Shown: piece after piece, positions 11,401 through 23,686 of the stretch
Position numbering within the stretch: position 1 is the first letter of the stretch
How the letters are laid out: every line of letters begins with the position of its first letter
Assembly (NCBI RefSeq): GCF_001194135.2
Contig: NC_068982.1
Location: 27,529,237-27,588,430 of the forward strand
Source: Octopus bimaculoides
Taxonomy: Eukaryota
Direction: 5' to 3'
Length of the DNA stretch: 59,194 nucleotides
Position numbers and translations under genes: made by a program
The notes under the pieces: generated by a model
What the model was told of the DNA's origin: nothing
What the model saw: the letters and a program-made list of their open reading frames with translations, nothing else
The model's database searches: none

Positions 11401-14400
11401 ATTCCCAAGAATATAATTATTCGTTTATATTTATATAAAGGGCATTATTACAGAAAAATAATAACGCCACACAGTGGACTTCTGTGTGGCGTTATTATTT
11501 TTCTGTAATAATGCCCTTTATATAAATATAAACGAATAATTATATTCTTGGGAATAGAAATTTCCCTTATGAATTTTTTTACACACTGGCTTCTTGATAA
11601 AATTCTTGTAAAAGAGTTTTATCCCTTTTTGAATTTATTTATCAAATATATACACGGAATATATTCAATGTTGAATTTTTTATTCTTGTCTCCACATGGG
11701 TACCCTAAAACAACCTGGAAGTATTTCCCGCTTCTTTGATGAAGATATATACAGATAAACTTCATTCCCTTTACTCTGTCGGATACGTAGTGTGTTCGTT
11801 TTTGGTGAGGTGAGAATTCTGTTTATTTATATATATTTTTGGGACAATACTGTGCTGATGAACGAAATCTAGATTCATTCTAGTAATCGCGAAATCGGTC
11901 GATACACAGTTAAGTTTATTTAAAAGAAAGTTGGTCATCTTCTGTTGGTTGTTTTTCCTCGCATTAGGTACTAAATGTGGTTATTTTGAGAAGTCCACTG
12001 TGTGGCGTTATTATTTTTCTGTAATAATGCCCTTTATATAAATATATGTATATGTATATATATCTTTGCATAATCCCATGGTTTCAACTGTTGCCCAACG
12101 ACCAATTTTTACAGGTGGAAATGCAGGTCTTCATGCAAAATGCGCCTTACCGATCAATTACCAATACATAAGGTTGTGTTATGGGTGCGAACAGCCTGAT
12201 TTTGATGAATGTTGAAGTGGCACTGAAACACATGCTGAACTGCTGTGACAGACTCCTTATTCTTCACGTAACTGTTGTAGGCAAACATGTGATGGTCTAT
12301 TATTGTCCACAACACCATGGCTTCACTTGAAAAGAAAAAGAAAATGCTAAGACAACATGGACCAAATGGTACCTGTCAGACATATGTCCCTCGCACTGGG
12401 GCTGAGTAAAGCCATTTCAAAAACTCTGTCCTCTTCCCCACCCTGTATGATGAAATTTAGGTATACAAACAGAAGTGTGCCCACCCCAACCAGCTTTGCT
12501 TCCTCATAACCTTCAGAAAATTGAACATTTTTTTAATAAAATTTTCTACAAATATGCTTCAGATGGTGTTGATTCCAATGATATCAGGAAAATGGATATA
12601 TTTTAATGAAATATTTTACCAGTACCTTTCAGATTGTAATCCCAACAAAACATTTCTGTCCATCAAAATATCATTATTCCAGTAGTTTCCAAGCTATTTT
12701 TCACCATACAAACCTCAAATATTATTATTAATAAACAAAAGTCAGACCTTAGAAAGAAACTTGTTTATAGAAATAATATTTGTGTGAAATTTCATTATAA
12801 AAGAAGATACTGTACTTTTCATAAAAGAATAGCATAAAAAAATGTCATGGATAATTTCATTTTAATAAGTCAAATGAATAACAAGAGTCTGGAGATGTAA
12901 TGGTTATTGCTTTGCAGTTATTTTATCAAATTGTCTAATTGTGTCAAGAGTGAAAACGGTGTGTCTCTCACTGTACCTCCAGCTTGGGAAGGATTTCTTG
13001 ATAACAACTTCATCATCGGTTGAACACAATATTGGGTAGCTTGTGTGTGCAGATTAGAAAATCACAAATATTTATTTGAGTTTTCATGTACTTGTATTAA
13101 ACTCCAAAAATGTATATTAACATGTGAATGTATATGTGATTTAATAGAGCAACATTCATGAGATAACAAATGGAGGAGTTGAAAGTCTTTTGTAATACAA
13201 TGTGATAGATAATATGAACAGAGTTCATTGCTATTAAAGATAGAATACATAGAAAGAGCTAGAACAACTGTATTAAGTAATATGTGTATAATTCAACATT
13301 GCAACCCAAGGTTGCTAATTGGTCCAGCTATATTCATGTATGTGATAATACCTTTTAAGGTGACACTTCACTTTTTATGGCAGCATGGTAAGCTGTGGTC
13401 CTGAGCTGAGAATATCTGAAAGCAAAGGGTCAAAACTCAGCAAGAGCCTTGCTTTTTGAATAATTATGAAGAATTCTTTCTTTTCTGCTACATCTATTTA
13501 AAAATCGAAACCAAAATTTTCAAAGCTTCAACACAAGCTTTTGCATTTTGAAAACTTCATTGAACATCATAACCTAAAATTTCATTTACTGTTCATGATG
13601 AAAATCTTGATTTCAACGTTTAACTGCATAAGTTGAATCTCTGCTTCCTTATAAATATTTGATTAATTAATAGTTGCATGAAATGGATTTGACACCCAGC
13701 TTGATTTTTCTAGAGATCCATAATCATCTGCAGGGAAGTAGCTTTTGTTACTAAATTTTAAAATCCAAAGATAATGCATATTGTCTATGATGGTGTTGTA
13801 GTCTCCATCAAAACTCTGTAAAAAAAATTGGAAAATCCTGCTTTCTTTATGTTTTCCTCCTGAAGTTATTTTTATTTCCTTCAAGTGGTGAATTCAAAGT
13901 GCTTAAATATTGAGATATGGAAGCCATGTTACCCATTGTAATGATCCATTATTAGGCATCGAAGAAAGTGGCAAAGAAGTTGGTGTTCATGTTGACATTG
14001 TTCAGCGGTTGTTTCTGAAAAAAAACAAAAACATTATAGAAACCTGAAAACTGTATACTCCAGCACTTGCCATCCATTTAATAATTCTCTGTGAATACAG
14101 TCGATTGACTACCTCTCATGTAACTAAAAGGGGCAAGTTTGATTTTGAGAAAAAGGATCCTCCAGGCACGGAATTTTCTTTCAAACACCCACAGAAGTTC
14201 CATGTCTTCATGTCTTTAGAGACATCCACAACAAGACACATGGGTTCTTAGCACACAGTTTGCAATTATTTTTTATTCACCTTAGTTGGTCTCTATCTAG
14301 CCATCACATCAACCACATCCATATTTCAACTGTTGATACCACCAAGAATCATTCATTCAAAATTTATTTCAAATTGCACAAAAGCTGACATGTCTATTTC

Positions 14401-17400
14401 TTTATTCTAACTCATTTTGCACTTTATAAAGTATTTATAAATCGATTTTTGCTATTTTTGTTTAGAGATGGATAAGTCGGAAACTCGTACAGTTTTGAAG
14501 TATGAGTTCTTTCTTGGAAATACTGCATCACAGACAGCTTGGAATATTAATGGGATATTTCATTCTAATGTTATTACATAGCAGACAGTATCAAATTGGT
14601 TTGCAAAATTTCGCTCTGGTAACTTTGACCTCACGAATGAGCAATGCGGTCGACCAGAAACAAAGGTGGATAATGATGAACTGAAAGCCACAGTCAAGTC
14701 AGATCCATCTCAAAGTTCCCGTGGATTATCGCTGTTGTTTGGTGTTAGCAAGCAAATAATATTGACTCACTGAGTTCAAATCAGTAAAGTGAAAAAGTCG
14801 GATAAGTGGGTTCCACATGAACTCAATGAAAATCAGAAACAGCAATGTTTGGAAGCTTGCATTATACTACTTTCTCATCACAAAAATGAATCATTTTTGA
14901 ATCGAATTGTAAGTTGTGATGAGAAAGGAATCCAATACAACAACCTTAAATGTTCAGCACAATGGTTGGACCAAGACAGTCCAAAAAGCAAAATTCATCA
15001 AAAGAAGCTAATGGTGTGTGTTTGGTGGTCTGACACAGGTGTGATCCATTATGATTTCATTAAACCTGGCTCATCAATCATGGCCGAAGTATACTGCTGC
15101 CAACTGAACCAAATGATGNNNNNNNNNNNNNNNNNNNNNNNNNNNNNNNNNNNNNNNNNNNNNNNNNNNNNNNNNNNNNNNNNNNNNNNNNNNNNNNNNN
15201 NNNNNNNNNNNNNNNNNNNNNNNNNNNNNNNNNNNNNNNNNNNNNNNNNNNNNNNNNNNNNNNNNNNNNNNNNNNNNNNNNNNNNNNNNNNNNNNNNNNN
15301 NNNNNNNNNNNNNNNNNNNNNNNNNNNNNNNNNNNNNNNNNNNNNNNNNNNNNNNNNNNNGTATGGGTCCATACTTTGATGAATAAAACTATTCCTTGTA
15401 TTGATAAAACATTAGCAAACTTTATTTTCTTTTCTACAAATTTAATTCTTGACGACAGTGACACGTAAAAGCACCCACTACACTCACTGAGTGGTTGGCG
15501 TTTGGAAGGGCATCCAGCTGTAGAAACTCTGCCAAATCAGATTGGAGCCTGGTGTAGCCATCTGGTTTCACCAGTCCTCAGTCAAATCGTCCAACCCATG
15601 GTAGCATGGAAAGCGGACGTTAAACAATGATGATGATGATGATGATGAATGATCATTCTTAATGGTTTTGTTGGATGGTAGACTCTGAGTTATGATGTTC
15701 ATGAGCATTTATAGAGTAAGTATAAAACAGACAAAGCAGATATAATATTTTGGTAGCAGATTTCTATTGTTTGAAGTTTGCTACATTATGTTTGAAGACG
15801 TAATGTCACTTGTTTAGAAAATTCACACCCAGACACAAAAGGCAGTTTGTTGATAGTTTCTTGACTGGCAATTTCTTACAAATAATGTAAATTCATTCAA
15901 AAAATTAGCAAGCCTATTACAGTATTATAATTGTACACATGTAATATATTTTAATTATGTGTCAAATTCAGGTTACATGAGTAAAGTTCAAAGCTCTTGA
16001 TAAATGTAAACTTGAGCAACACATCAAGTATTGGTATGATGTTGACATTAATGCATAAATAACAAATCAGTTATTAAGAAAACAACCTAAAGTAAAAGGA
16101 AGACATAAAAATGCAAAAGAAAAACTCATGAATAGACTGAAAGCTGAAAGTTTTTTGTTAAATTGCTTCAAGAATTTTAAAATTTTAAACATCTTGTGAA
16201 AAAGAAATTTTCAGCTAAATCTGCTATAACATTAATTTTTTTGATTTCAAAAATAGAACTAATACATTTCTAAATCTCTCAGAGAGATCTATGCAGTAGT
16301 GATACAATAAAGTAGTTGTATGCTGTCAACTTAACGTGACAGTCCCATGAAGGGAATAATACTACTGCCATTTAGCCCTAGGAAGTAGCACCGCTTCCTG
16401 TCAGCCTTGACACATTTTCTGTGTCCTTATGTTTACAAGGGGGAGATAAGTACCTCCACCCAGCTAAGCCTAGAATAATTATATGCTTACAAGAGCTAGA
16501 TAGGCATCTCCAACTAGCAAGCCATGCTACTCCAGACTAAAGATGAGCAAAGACTCAGAAACTAGTCTCTGGATGCAGGCTTAGCTGGGTGGAGGTGCTT
16601 ATCTCCCCCTTGTAAACATAAGGACACAGGAAATGTGTCACGGCTGACAGGAAGCGGTGCTGCTTCCTAGGGCTAAATAGCAGTAATATTATTCCCTTCA
16701 TGGGACTGTCACATTAAATTTATTTTTTTATTTTTTGTTCAATTCTGTTTTACTAATTTCTACAGCACCAAATATCATTTGAGATGTAAAGCCTATCTAA
16801 TGTGCTAAAACTTAAACAGCTACATAATTGCAGATACCATATATTGTGTTTATCAAGTACCTAACTCTAACATCAAATCATTGCAGATCTGTGCTTTTGT
16901 TGGATTTACATTCAAGACTGATATATTAGATTTACCTTATATTGACTTCCTTCAACAACTTAGTTTAAATGAGCCAAAATGGAAATTAATATATTAATGG
17001 ACTCTACAGACAGGATCATCGTTTTGTGTACTTCTGTAAAATACACTTATTTCTTATGATTTGTAACCATTTGGAAATTTTTTTAAATGCTTCTCTTATA
17101 TAATGAATACAGAATAATGACTTATGAAACTGGGTAACTTTATTCTAAAAGGCTGATTATTTTGTCACTGCTTTTTTTCTGTAATATAATTATAATATAG
17201 AGTGTCTGTTGAATAGAACAACAGTTTCATATTTCCAGCTGCACAGGCATTGCAACATTTTTTATAATTTTTCAGTTATTTAAAAATTTTTCTTTTATTG
17301 AGACCTTTTATTTGTTCTGCTCAGTTTTGGCAACATCTAGATTACTGGAATACTTCCTAGAGAGCCAATGGAAAATATAATCATGCATCATGTATGGGAA

Positions 17401-17507
17401 AATTTGGATAGAAATATTTAAGAAATTCATTTGTTTATTAAAATTCTCACAGCCATAAAGAGATAATTGTATGACGATATTGCTTTTGTTTGTAAAGCAT
17501 TACAAAA
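8490..17507 (-). CDS. Candidate exons of an unidentified minus-strand gene (17451-17507, 12977-13039, 10721-10804, 9191-about 9303, 8490-8559)
   Basis: Short GC-richer patches bounded by minus-strand AG/GT sites with open frames, e.g. DNLLTRRLTDKFECISNRITSLDRVQG and LHIQMNENFVLSLGDTEKNFAPI. Most junction phases fit, one does not. No homologue recognised. Confidence 0.3.
9510..9892 (+). mobile_element. Full-length tRNA-derived SINE (same family as 178-560)
   Basis: Near-identical to the first copy plus 19 nt that copy lacks; degenerate TSD atccatttcttgt / atccatctcctgt. Confidence 0.85.
10433..10668. mobile_element. Tc1/mariner MITE
   Basis: TA|cagggcgcggtagaaaggttgcccc...ggggcagcctttctgccgcaccctg|TA; about 41-bp TIRs. 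Confidence 0.9.
11123..11181 (+). ncRNA. Minimal type I hammerhead ribozyme motif
   Basis: Stem I aactata/tataatt (1 mismatch), CUGAUGA 11130-11136, stem II ggt..ggagat/atctct..acc, GAAA 11165-11168, palindromic stem III atcgat, cleavage triplet AUC 11172-11174. Confidence 0.7.
11316..11640. repeat. Near-perfect 159-bp inverted repeat with 7-nt loop
   Basis: Arms 11316-11474 and 11482-11640; loop tggactt; one mismatch seen. Confidence 0.95.
11482..12046 (+). mobile_element. 516-nt hammerhead-containing repeat unit with 49-nt terminal redundancy (Penelope pLTR or retrozyme-like)
   Basis: ctgtgtggcgttattatttttctg...tataaatata occurs at 11482 and again at 11998; hammerhead inside; inverted partial copy to the left. 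Confidence 0.65.
11849..11910 (+). ncRNA. Type I hammerhead ribozyme motif
   Basis: Stem I actgtg/cacagt (6 bp), CUGAUGA 11855-11861, stem II cga/tcg plus ctaga/tctag, GAAA 11891-11894, stem III atcg-gt-cgat, triplet AUA 11902-11904. Confidence 0.75.
12060..12445 (-). mobile_element. Tc1/mariner transposase 5' remnant
   Basis: TA|cagggtgggg terminus at 12445; translation MVLWTIIDHHMFAYNSYVKNKESVTAVQHVFQCHF...SVRRILHEDLHFH..KLVVGQQLKP. Confidence 0.7.
13370..14130 (-). mobile_element. Degraded hAT (Charlie/Buster-type) transposase remnant
   Basis: Motifs in order: DCIHREL (14083-14103), EHQLLCHFLRC, LNSPLEG, SYFPADDY..SWVSNPF, EALKILVSIF; frameshifted. Confidence 0.65.
14468..15118 (+). mobile_element. 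Mariner (Mos1/SETMAR-type) transposase pseudogene, cut by a gap
   Basis: MDKSETRTVLKYEF...WFAKFRSGNFDL...GRPETKVD...KWVPHEL...IVSCDEK...KKLMVCVWW; two in-frame stops. Confidence 0.93.
16335..16713. mobile_element. TTAA-flanked MITE with 137-bp TIRs
   Basis: Arms 16335-16471 and 16577-16713; TTAA at 16331-16334 and 16714-16717. Confidence 0.9.
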
Positions 17508-17613
17508 CTGGAAGAAAAAAAACAACAACTCCAAGCTATTCAATCCTAAATGGAAAATACAAAAAAGAAAAAGTCATTGCATTTTAAATGTTAACTTTAG
17601 CATAATACACATA

Positions 17614-17824
17614 TGAGGCGGGTGCTGAAAAGTTCCTAGCTTTAAAAGTACCATGAAAGGCCTGGTGTGAGGCCCAACCTTTTGAGTTCTTTTATGGGGT
17701 TTAGAAAACTGAAGGATTGCTGCAATAAGTGTGTGAATCTGAGGGGGGAATATGTTGAATAAAATTATTATTAACTAATCCTCTTGTATTTATTCAAAGC
17801 CAAGAAGTTTTCAGCACCCCCTCA
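17614..17824. mobile_element. Mariner-type MITE
   Basis: TA|tgaggcgggtgctgaaaagttcc...gaagttttcagcacccc ctca|TA; family copies at 41908-42121 and 23688-23857. Confidence 0.85.
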
Positions 17825-18536
17825 TATAGTATTTGATCAAGCAGGAGAATGCACAACATAATTTGTTTTCTTAGTTACAGCTGCACAAATAACAGCAAAA
17901 TAAGAATAAATAATTCATTGATTTTAAATAAGTTACTTACAATAAGAGATACAAATGAACACCGTTTTACATATTTAGCCATGATGTTAAAAGACACAGA
18001 ATATTTTATGTGTTTTGTTACAATTTATGGTGTATTTAGTAAACATATGTTTCTTTCACCCTTTCATTATCATATTTCTGTTGAAATACAATGCTTTTGC
18101 TTCAATTAATAAAATAACTTTGTCAGTATTAATTAATGTTCGGAACATAAATTAACATAAATTTTAATAGGTTTTAATCTAGATCACTTTAAAACATCAT
18201 CCAGTACCATAAAGCAATGTTGTCATATATACAACAGGCTTCTTTCAGTTCCCATCCACTGAATCCATTCAGAAAGCTTTGGTCAATCCAGGACTATAGC
18301 AGTAGACACATGTTCAAGGTACCATGCAGTGAGACTGAATTCAGAATCATGTGCTTCAGAAGCAAACTTCTCACCACACAGCCACGGCCATGACCGTGTG
18401 TGTCTATTTTTTATTATTAGTTAATTTTTAAATTTTGATCTTTAACCACATTGTAGTTCCTCATGAATTTACTTCAAAGTTTTTTAATCGAATAAACAGA
18501 CATTAGCTTTGAGTAAGTCTTCAAATATTTTCTATA

Positions 18537-19093
18537 CAGTAATACCTCACTTTACAAGGACTCGCTTTATGAGACCCTGGGTTTACGAGTTTATTTTATA
18601 ATAACTTATTCAAACACAAGATCCAAATTTTGAACGAAGGGCAAAAGTCTCTACTACCATAACAAATGCTTCTGCATGTTACCAAGAAATTTATATGGAG
18701 AGAAAAAAAGCTTCTTCTAAGCAAACAACTCTTAAACTTATTTTTGAGGAAGAAATCTTAAGTCTGTCTATGAGTGCTTGTGAATTGGAGTTTGCATCTA
18801 CAAGTGATGGTGTGCATAAGTTCAGTGTGAGTGAAAGTGATTCAGAAAACAATTACAATAATAATTTTTGTTATTATAAATGATCTTGACATGCTTTTTA
18901 CTTTGCATAAAATATTCTTTACATTCTACTGTTGGTTTTTTGCTATTTATTTATGAGTATTTAAAATTTTATAGGTAAAATATTTTTCTGGGAATGAATT
19001 ACAATTTATAAAATTTCTACTGTGGGAAATTATTGCTCTACTTTATGAGTTTTCACTTTATGAACAGTCTCCGGGAGCAGATTAATTCTTATC
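18537..19093 (+). mobile_element. Tigger/pogo-like remnant
   Basis: TA|cagtaatacctcactttac start; EKKASSKQTTL resembles the pogo C-terminus; right end degenerate. Confidence 0.55.
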
Positions 19094-19989
19094 ATTCTAA
19101 GAAAATCAGGTTCTGCAAATCCACATTTTTAAATATTGTTGCAATTTAAAAAGTAGACCAAAAGTATTTATGATGACACAATGAAATGCTGGTTGAGAAA
19201 ACTTCAGATTTTATGATTGCAGCCAATGTACACATAACAATAATCTGTCCAAGGGCATGATTTATGGCTGACTGGTTGGCATCCCATAAACTGTGGCATA
19301 AATCAAAGAAGTCATATATCTTATGAAACTACTAACTACTGGAATGTGTGTTTGTGCGTGGAGGGTGTATGTATGTATGTATAAGTGTCTATGCATGCGT
19401 TATGTCTCCTTGTCATGACATTGTGTGATAATAAAAGAATGCTACCATCATAGAAATAATGTCCTTCATATCCAATCCTTTGTGAAAACATGTCTCGCCA
19501 TGGGAAAGTATTACCTTGCTTGAAAACAAGTAAGAGTTGGAATTCACACATATACATTTGTGCATGTTTATTTGTGTGTGTGCGCAAATGCACATGCACA
19601 CACAATAAAATACAACCAGTATATTCTGTAAAATGGCTAGCAGACAAGCAACAACAACATAATGTAGTGAGAACTCTTTAATCTTGTCAAATGCATTATA
19701 AGTTTTTTAAAAGTGAAGCCATGATAAAAAGGATCCAGCACATTCTGTTGTTGGTGTTGGTAAGGCATCCAACCACAGAAACCATGCCAAAAAAGGAACA
19801 TACAGGTGATGCAGTCAGTTGATTTGTCTAAGATGGCCCACTTTTTCATGCTTACATGATGATGCTAATTTACAACCATCATGTGATGTACAGACAAAGG
19901 TGCACACTCTAACAGTTCAGATACTAAGAAATAAGTATACTCAACTTGATTTATACCAAATAATTTAGGAAAAGGAATTGGTTATTTCC

Positions 19990-20178
19990 CTTGGCTATAT
20001 ATAAGGATCCCTTCCAGGGGCCCTATTATCGATTTTTTTTTCAACAATCTGAGTATGCCAGACATGAGTTCTACTCAAGTGTCAAGTTTCATCAAAATCA
20101 ATTAAAAGATGTAGGACGAGTTAGCTAACAACTCTGCAAACACACCCACAGACAGAATTTCCCACATATGTAGTAGAT
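19990..20178 (+). mobile_element. Helentron/HINE-like fragment
   Basis: aagtttcatcaaaatc...gtaggacgagtt...acagacag...tagtagat pattern. Confidence 0.4.
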
Positions 20179-21558
20179 AAGTTTGTGATAGCATATTTGT
20201 GTATTGTCAAATCAATACATGTTCCCACATCTCGCCCACTGCAAGTTCTTGCTTTATAGGCTGAAGCAAAAGAGTTATAGCAAAGGGAAAGTGTGTCAGT
20301 TCTAGTTCCTTTCCATTGTTAAATGAAACTAAGAAAGAGATTTATGTGTTTTATTGGATTTTTGGTTAGCATTGTTTGTCTGTATCAACACGTTACTATT
20401 TTTTACAATTTGATTGTTTCTTCAGATGTATTTTGTAAAGCTTTTTTACATGATGTGTAAATTTCTATAATAATGAAGATGTGAATGTTTCCTTTTAAAT
20501 TTACAATAGCCATCCTATTATACAAATAAACCGATCGTAAATATTTACATCATTTTTATATAAACAATATCTCTAATTTAATATTTATCCCAATTTACAA
20601 ATTTTGTAATTTACATTCACATTTAAACACTCATATTTTATGATTATAGATTACTCACAGATAAATATTACCATTTTTTAAGTATTTGAAAAACATATGA
20701 TATAATGTGAAAATGTTTTCAACATTTTATGGGTGACAAAGTTAGTTAATATCAACACAGAAGCTAATAGATTTGTAGTAGAAGTGATTTACCCTGTCAT
20801 TATGTGTGAGATGTTTCCATTTTGACTCATCTAGGCTTAAATACCCAAATATTGGCTCCACAAGCCCTTTTCATTCCAGCATATCACATGACCTCGTGTT
20901 GCTGTTTGTATTGGTTGGCTTTCAGCCGTCAAATCGTTTTAGTGCAACAGTTTGTTTTCCCTTACGCAGGAAATTAATCACCAGCTTGTGGAAGCCTACT
21001 GATCTCTATAAGAACAGCAGTTCTCGGCTACACTTTGTCATTGGCACACAACACTAACCACATGCAACTCATCTTTGGCAATGATGTATCTGACACCAGT
21101 CAGTCTCCGCTTTCATCTATACTAGACACCTGCCTACATCATTGCTGTATGAACATCACACAACCAACAGATCAATGGCTGCCTCTGCACACCACCAAAC
21201 AGTATGTCAACTATGTCTACAAGATGAATAGTCCAGCCTAACCACAAAGTCTCTCACACATCTTTGTTGTAACCTGTTATGCTATTTTATTTCATGTATG
21301 GCAATCATTGTATTTTATAGTGGAGAATAAATCGTCGTTTACCAGTTCATTTCATCTTAAGTCATATATCTCACGTTTCCACTTTTTCCTCATTCATTCA
21401 CCAACCGCCATTATAGATTCATGTTTTGTTTTTTCACTGTCCTTTGTGAATAATACAATTAGTATAGGTCATAATGGGCCATTGTATTCATATTTGTGAG
21501 CATGAGAGGAAATTGGACAACTTGGGTGGGACGAATATCAGCAAATGATGTATGTGTG

Positions 21559-21614
<56 letters not shown>

Positions 21615-22679
21615 CATACACATACAGATAGAGAGGGTGAGAGTGAGAGAGAAGGAGAGAAATTAAAATTTATTTATTGAACACAACTGACATAAAAATT
21701 TTCCCTCTCATAGACATAAAGAAATATCTTCAATATATAAACAGTGAGAGAGGGGGGGATGAGAGAGAGAGAGAGATGAAAAGAGAGAAATATCAAAATG
21801 TCTGATGTCAAATAAGTCAGTATTGAATCCATGAATCAGTATTGAATCAAAACAGCTGCACTAAAATGTAGTGAATCATTGCAAGCATGAAGCAGATTTG
21901 ATCCACCATAGCCAAATTTAAATTAACACTTCAACAGAACTTTTCGCACGGTAAAACAATAGCTTTTCTGAGTGACAGTCTACATTTGTCAGATGCCTTA
22001 GCTATGCAAAATAATGTCTTCACCACTTGACCCTTCTAACCTCTTATAGATCACCAAAAGCTAGAATTAAGATAACAAGTACCACCAACTAAATCCATTG
22101 TTCTCATTGATATGTCTATCCTTCAGGATAATTATAAAAACAAGAACCCCCAAGCAAAAATCAGTTAGTCATTTAGTAATAGCTCAGTTAGTCAGTTAGT
22201 GACAACTCGAGTCAGGTCACAAGCAGGCAGCTGCTAAAGACAAATAGTCAGAGGGAGAAATGTCATACAGGAGGACTGAAGCAGAAACTCTGTGAATGGG
22301 AAGAGAACATCTCAACTACATTGCCATACCTGCACCTACATACAAATATACCATATAGTCATGGGACTTTTACAGTTTCTTTCTATCCATTTTTACTTGC
22401 AAGGCATGGATCAATCTGAGGCTATGGTAAATGGCACCCACTCAAAATGCCATTGACTAGAACCTAACCCAGGATTTCATGACTGCAAAGCAAACATTTT
22501 AACCATTCAGCCATGCTTCTGTCTGGTTAGGATGCCATTGTATCACAGGCTACTTTCCTAGAACAAAAAAACTATTTTCCAGATAAATAAACAGTACTAA
22601 AGAGAGACATAATAAAATGCCTACAGTGCCACATGAATTCACTACTTCAACATAGAAAATTTGCAACGACCATGCTTGA

Positions 22680-22900
22680 ACAGCGCTTTTTACATGCCAC
22701 CAGCACAGGAGCCAGTCAGGCAGTACTGGCAACAATCACGCTTCAATGGTGCTTTTTATGTGTCACCAGCATGGGAACCAGTCAGGTAGTACTGGCAACA
22801 ATCACGCTTGAATGGTGCTTTTTATGTGTCACCAGCATGGGAACCAGTCAGGCGGTACTGGTAATAACCACACTTGAATGGTGCTTTTTACATGCCTCCA
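22680..22900. repeat. About 65-bp tandem repeat within an RTE-tail element
   Basis: gtgctttttatgtgtcaccagcatgggaaccagtcagg..gtactggcaacaatcacgctt repeated about 3 times. Confidence 0.8.
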
Positions 22901-23189
22901 GCACAGGACCACAGTCATCCTCATTCATCATCATCATCCTCATTTAATGTCTATTTTCCCAGCTGGTATGGTTTATATTTGCTATTAATAATTGTATGAT
23001 CACAAGAACCAGCAATGAAATCAAAAGTGCGAACTTGAAACAAGCACTTTCCTACATGTCATTCACAAAAGTTTCTTAACTGAAGAATATAAGGATAAGT
23101 GTTTTTTTCAAATTTTCCTTTCATATTTCAGAGAAAATTCAGATTGGATATTTCAAAAGGAAACCAAACTCCACTTACTAGCTATTAAC

Positions 23190-23686
23190 TATCATCATCA
23201 TCATCATCATCGTTTAACGTCCGCTTTCCATGCTAGCATGGGTTGGACGATTTGATTGAGGACTGGTGAAACCGGATGGCAACACCAGGCTTCAATCTAA
23301 TTTGGCAGAGTTTCTACAGCTGGATGCCCTTCCTAACGCCAACCACTCAGAGAGTGTAGTGGGTGCTTTTACGTGTCACCCGCACGAAAACGGCCACGCT
23401 CGAAATGGTGTCTTTTATGTGCCACCCGCACAAGAGCCAGTCCAGGGGCACTAGCAACGATCTCGCTCGAAAACCCTACAAAGGCCAGTCAGGCGGTACT
23501 GGCAACGGTCACGCTCANNNNNNNNNNTCAGAGAGTGTAGTGGGTGCTTTTACGTGTCACCCGCACGAAAACGGCCACGCTCGAAATGGTGTCTTTTATG
23601 TGCCACCCGCACAAGAGCCAGTCCAGGGGCACTGGCAACGATCTCACTTGGCTTGCCGGGTCTTCTCACGCACAGCACATATATAT
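23190..23686 (-). mobile_element. Young RTE-type tail element spanning a gap
   Basis: Same family as 58995; segment after the gap repeats 23347-23465. Confidence 0.8.

Noticed and set aside
12500-12900. Possible piggyBac transposase relic (YWNNDILM)
   Set aside because: One weak motif only.
16765-16997. Strong + strand acceptor followed by about 77 codons with one in-frame TAA (readthrough?)
   Set aside because: Open stretches of this length are expected by chance in AT-rich DNA; no homology or readthrough context.
23525-23640. Tandem duplication of an RTE-tail segment
   Set aside because: Flanks a 10-N gap; probably a scaffold overlap artefact.
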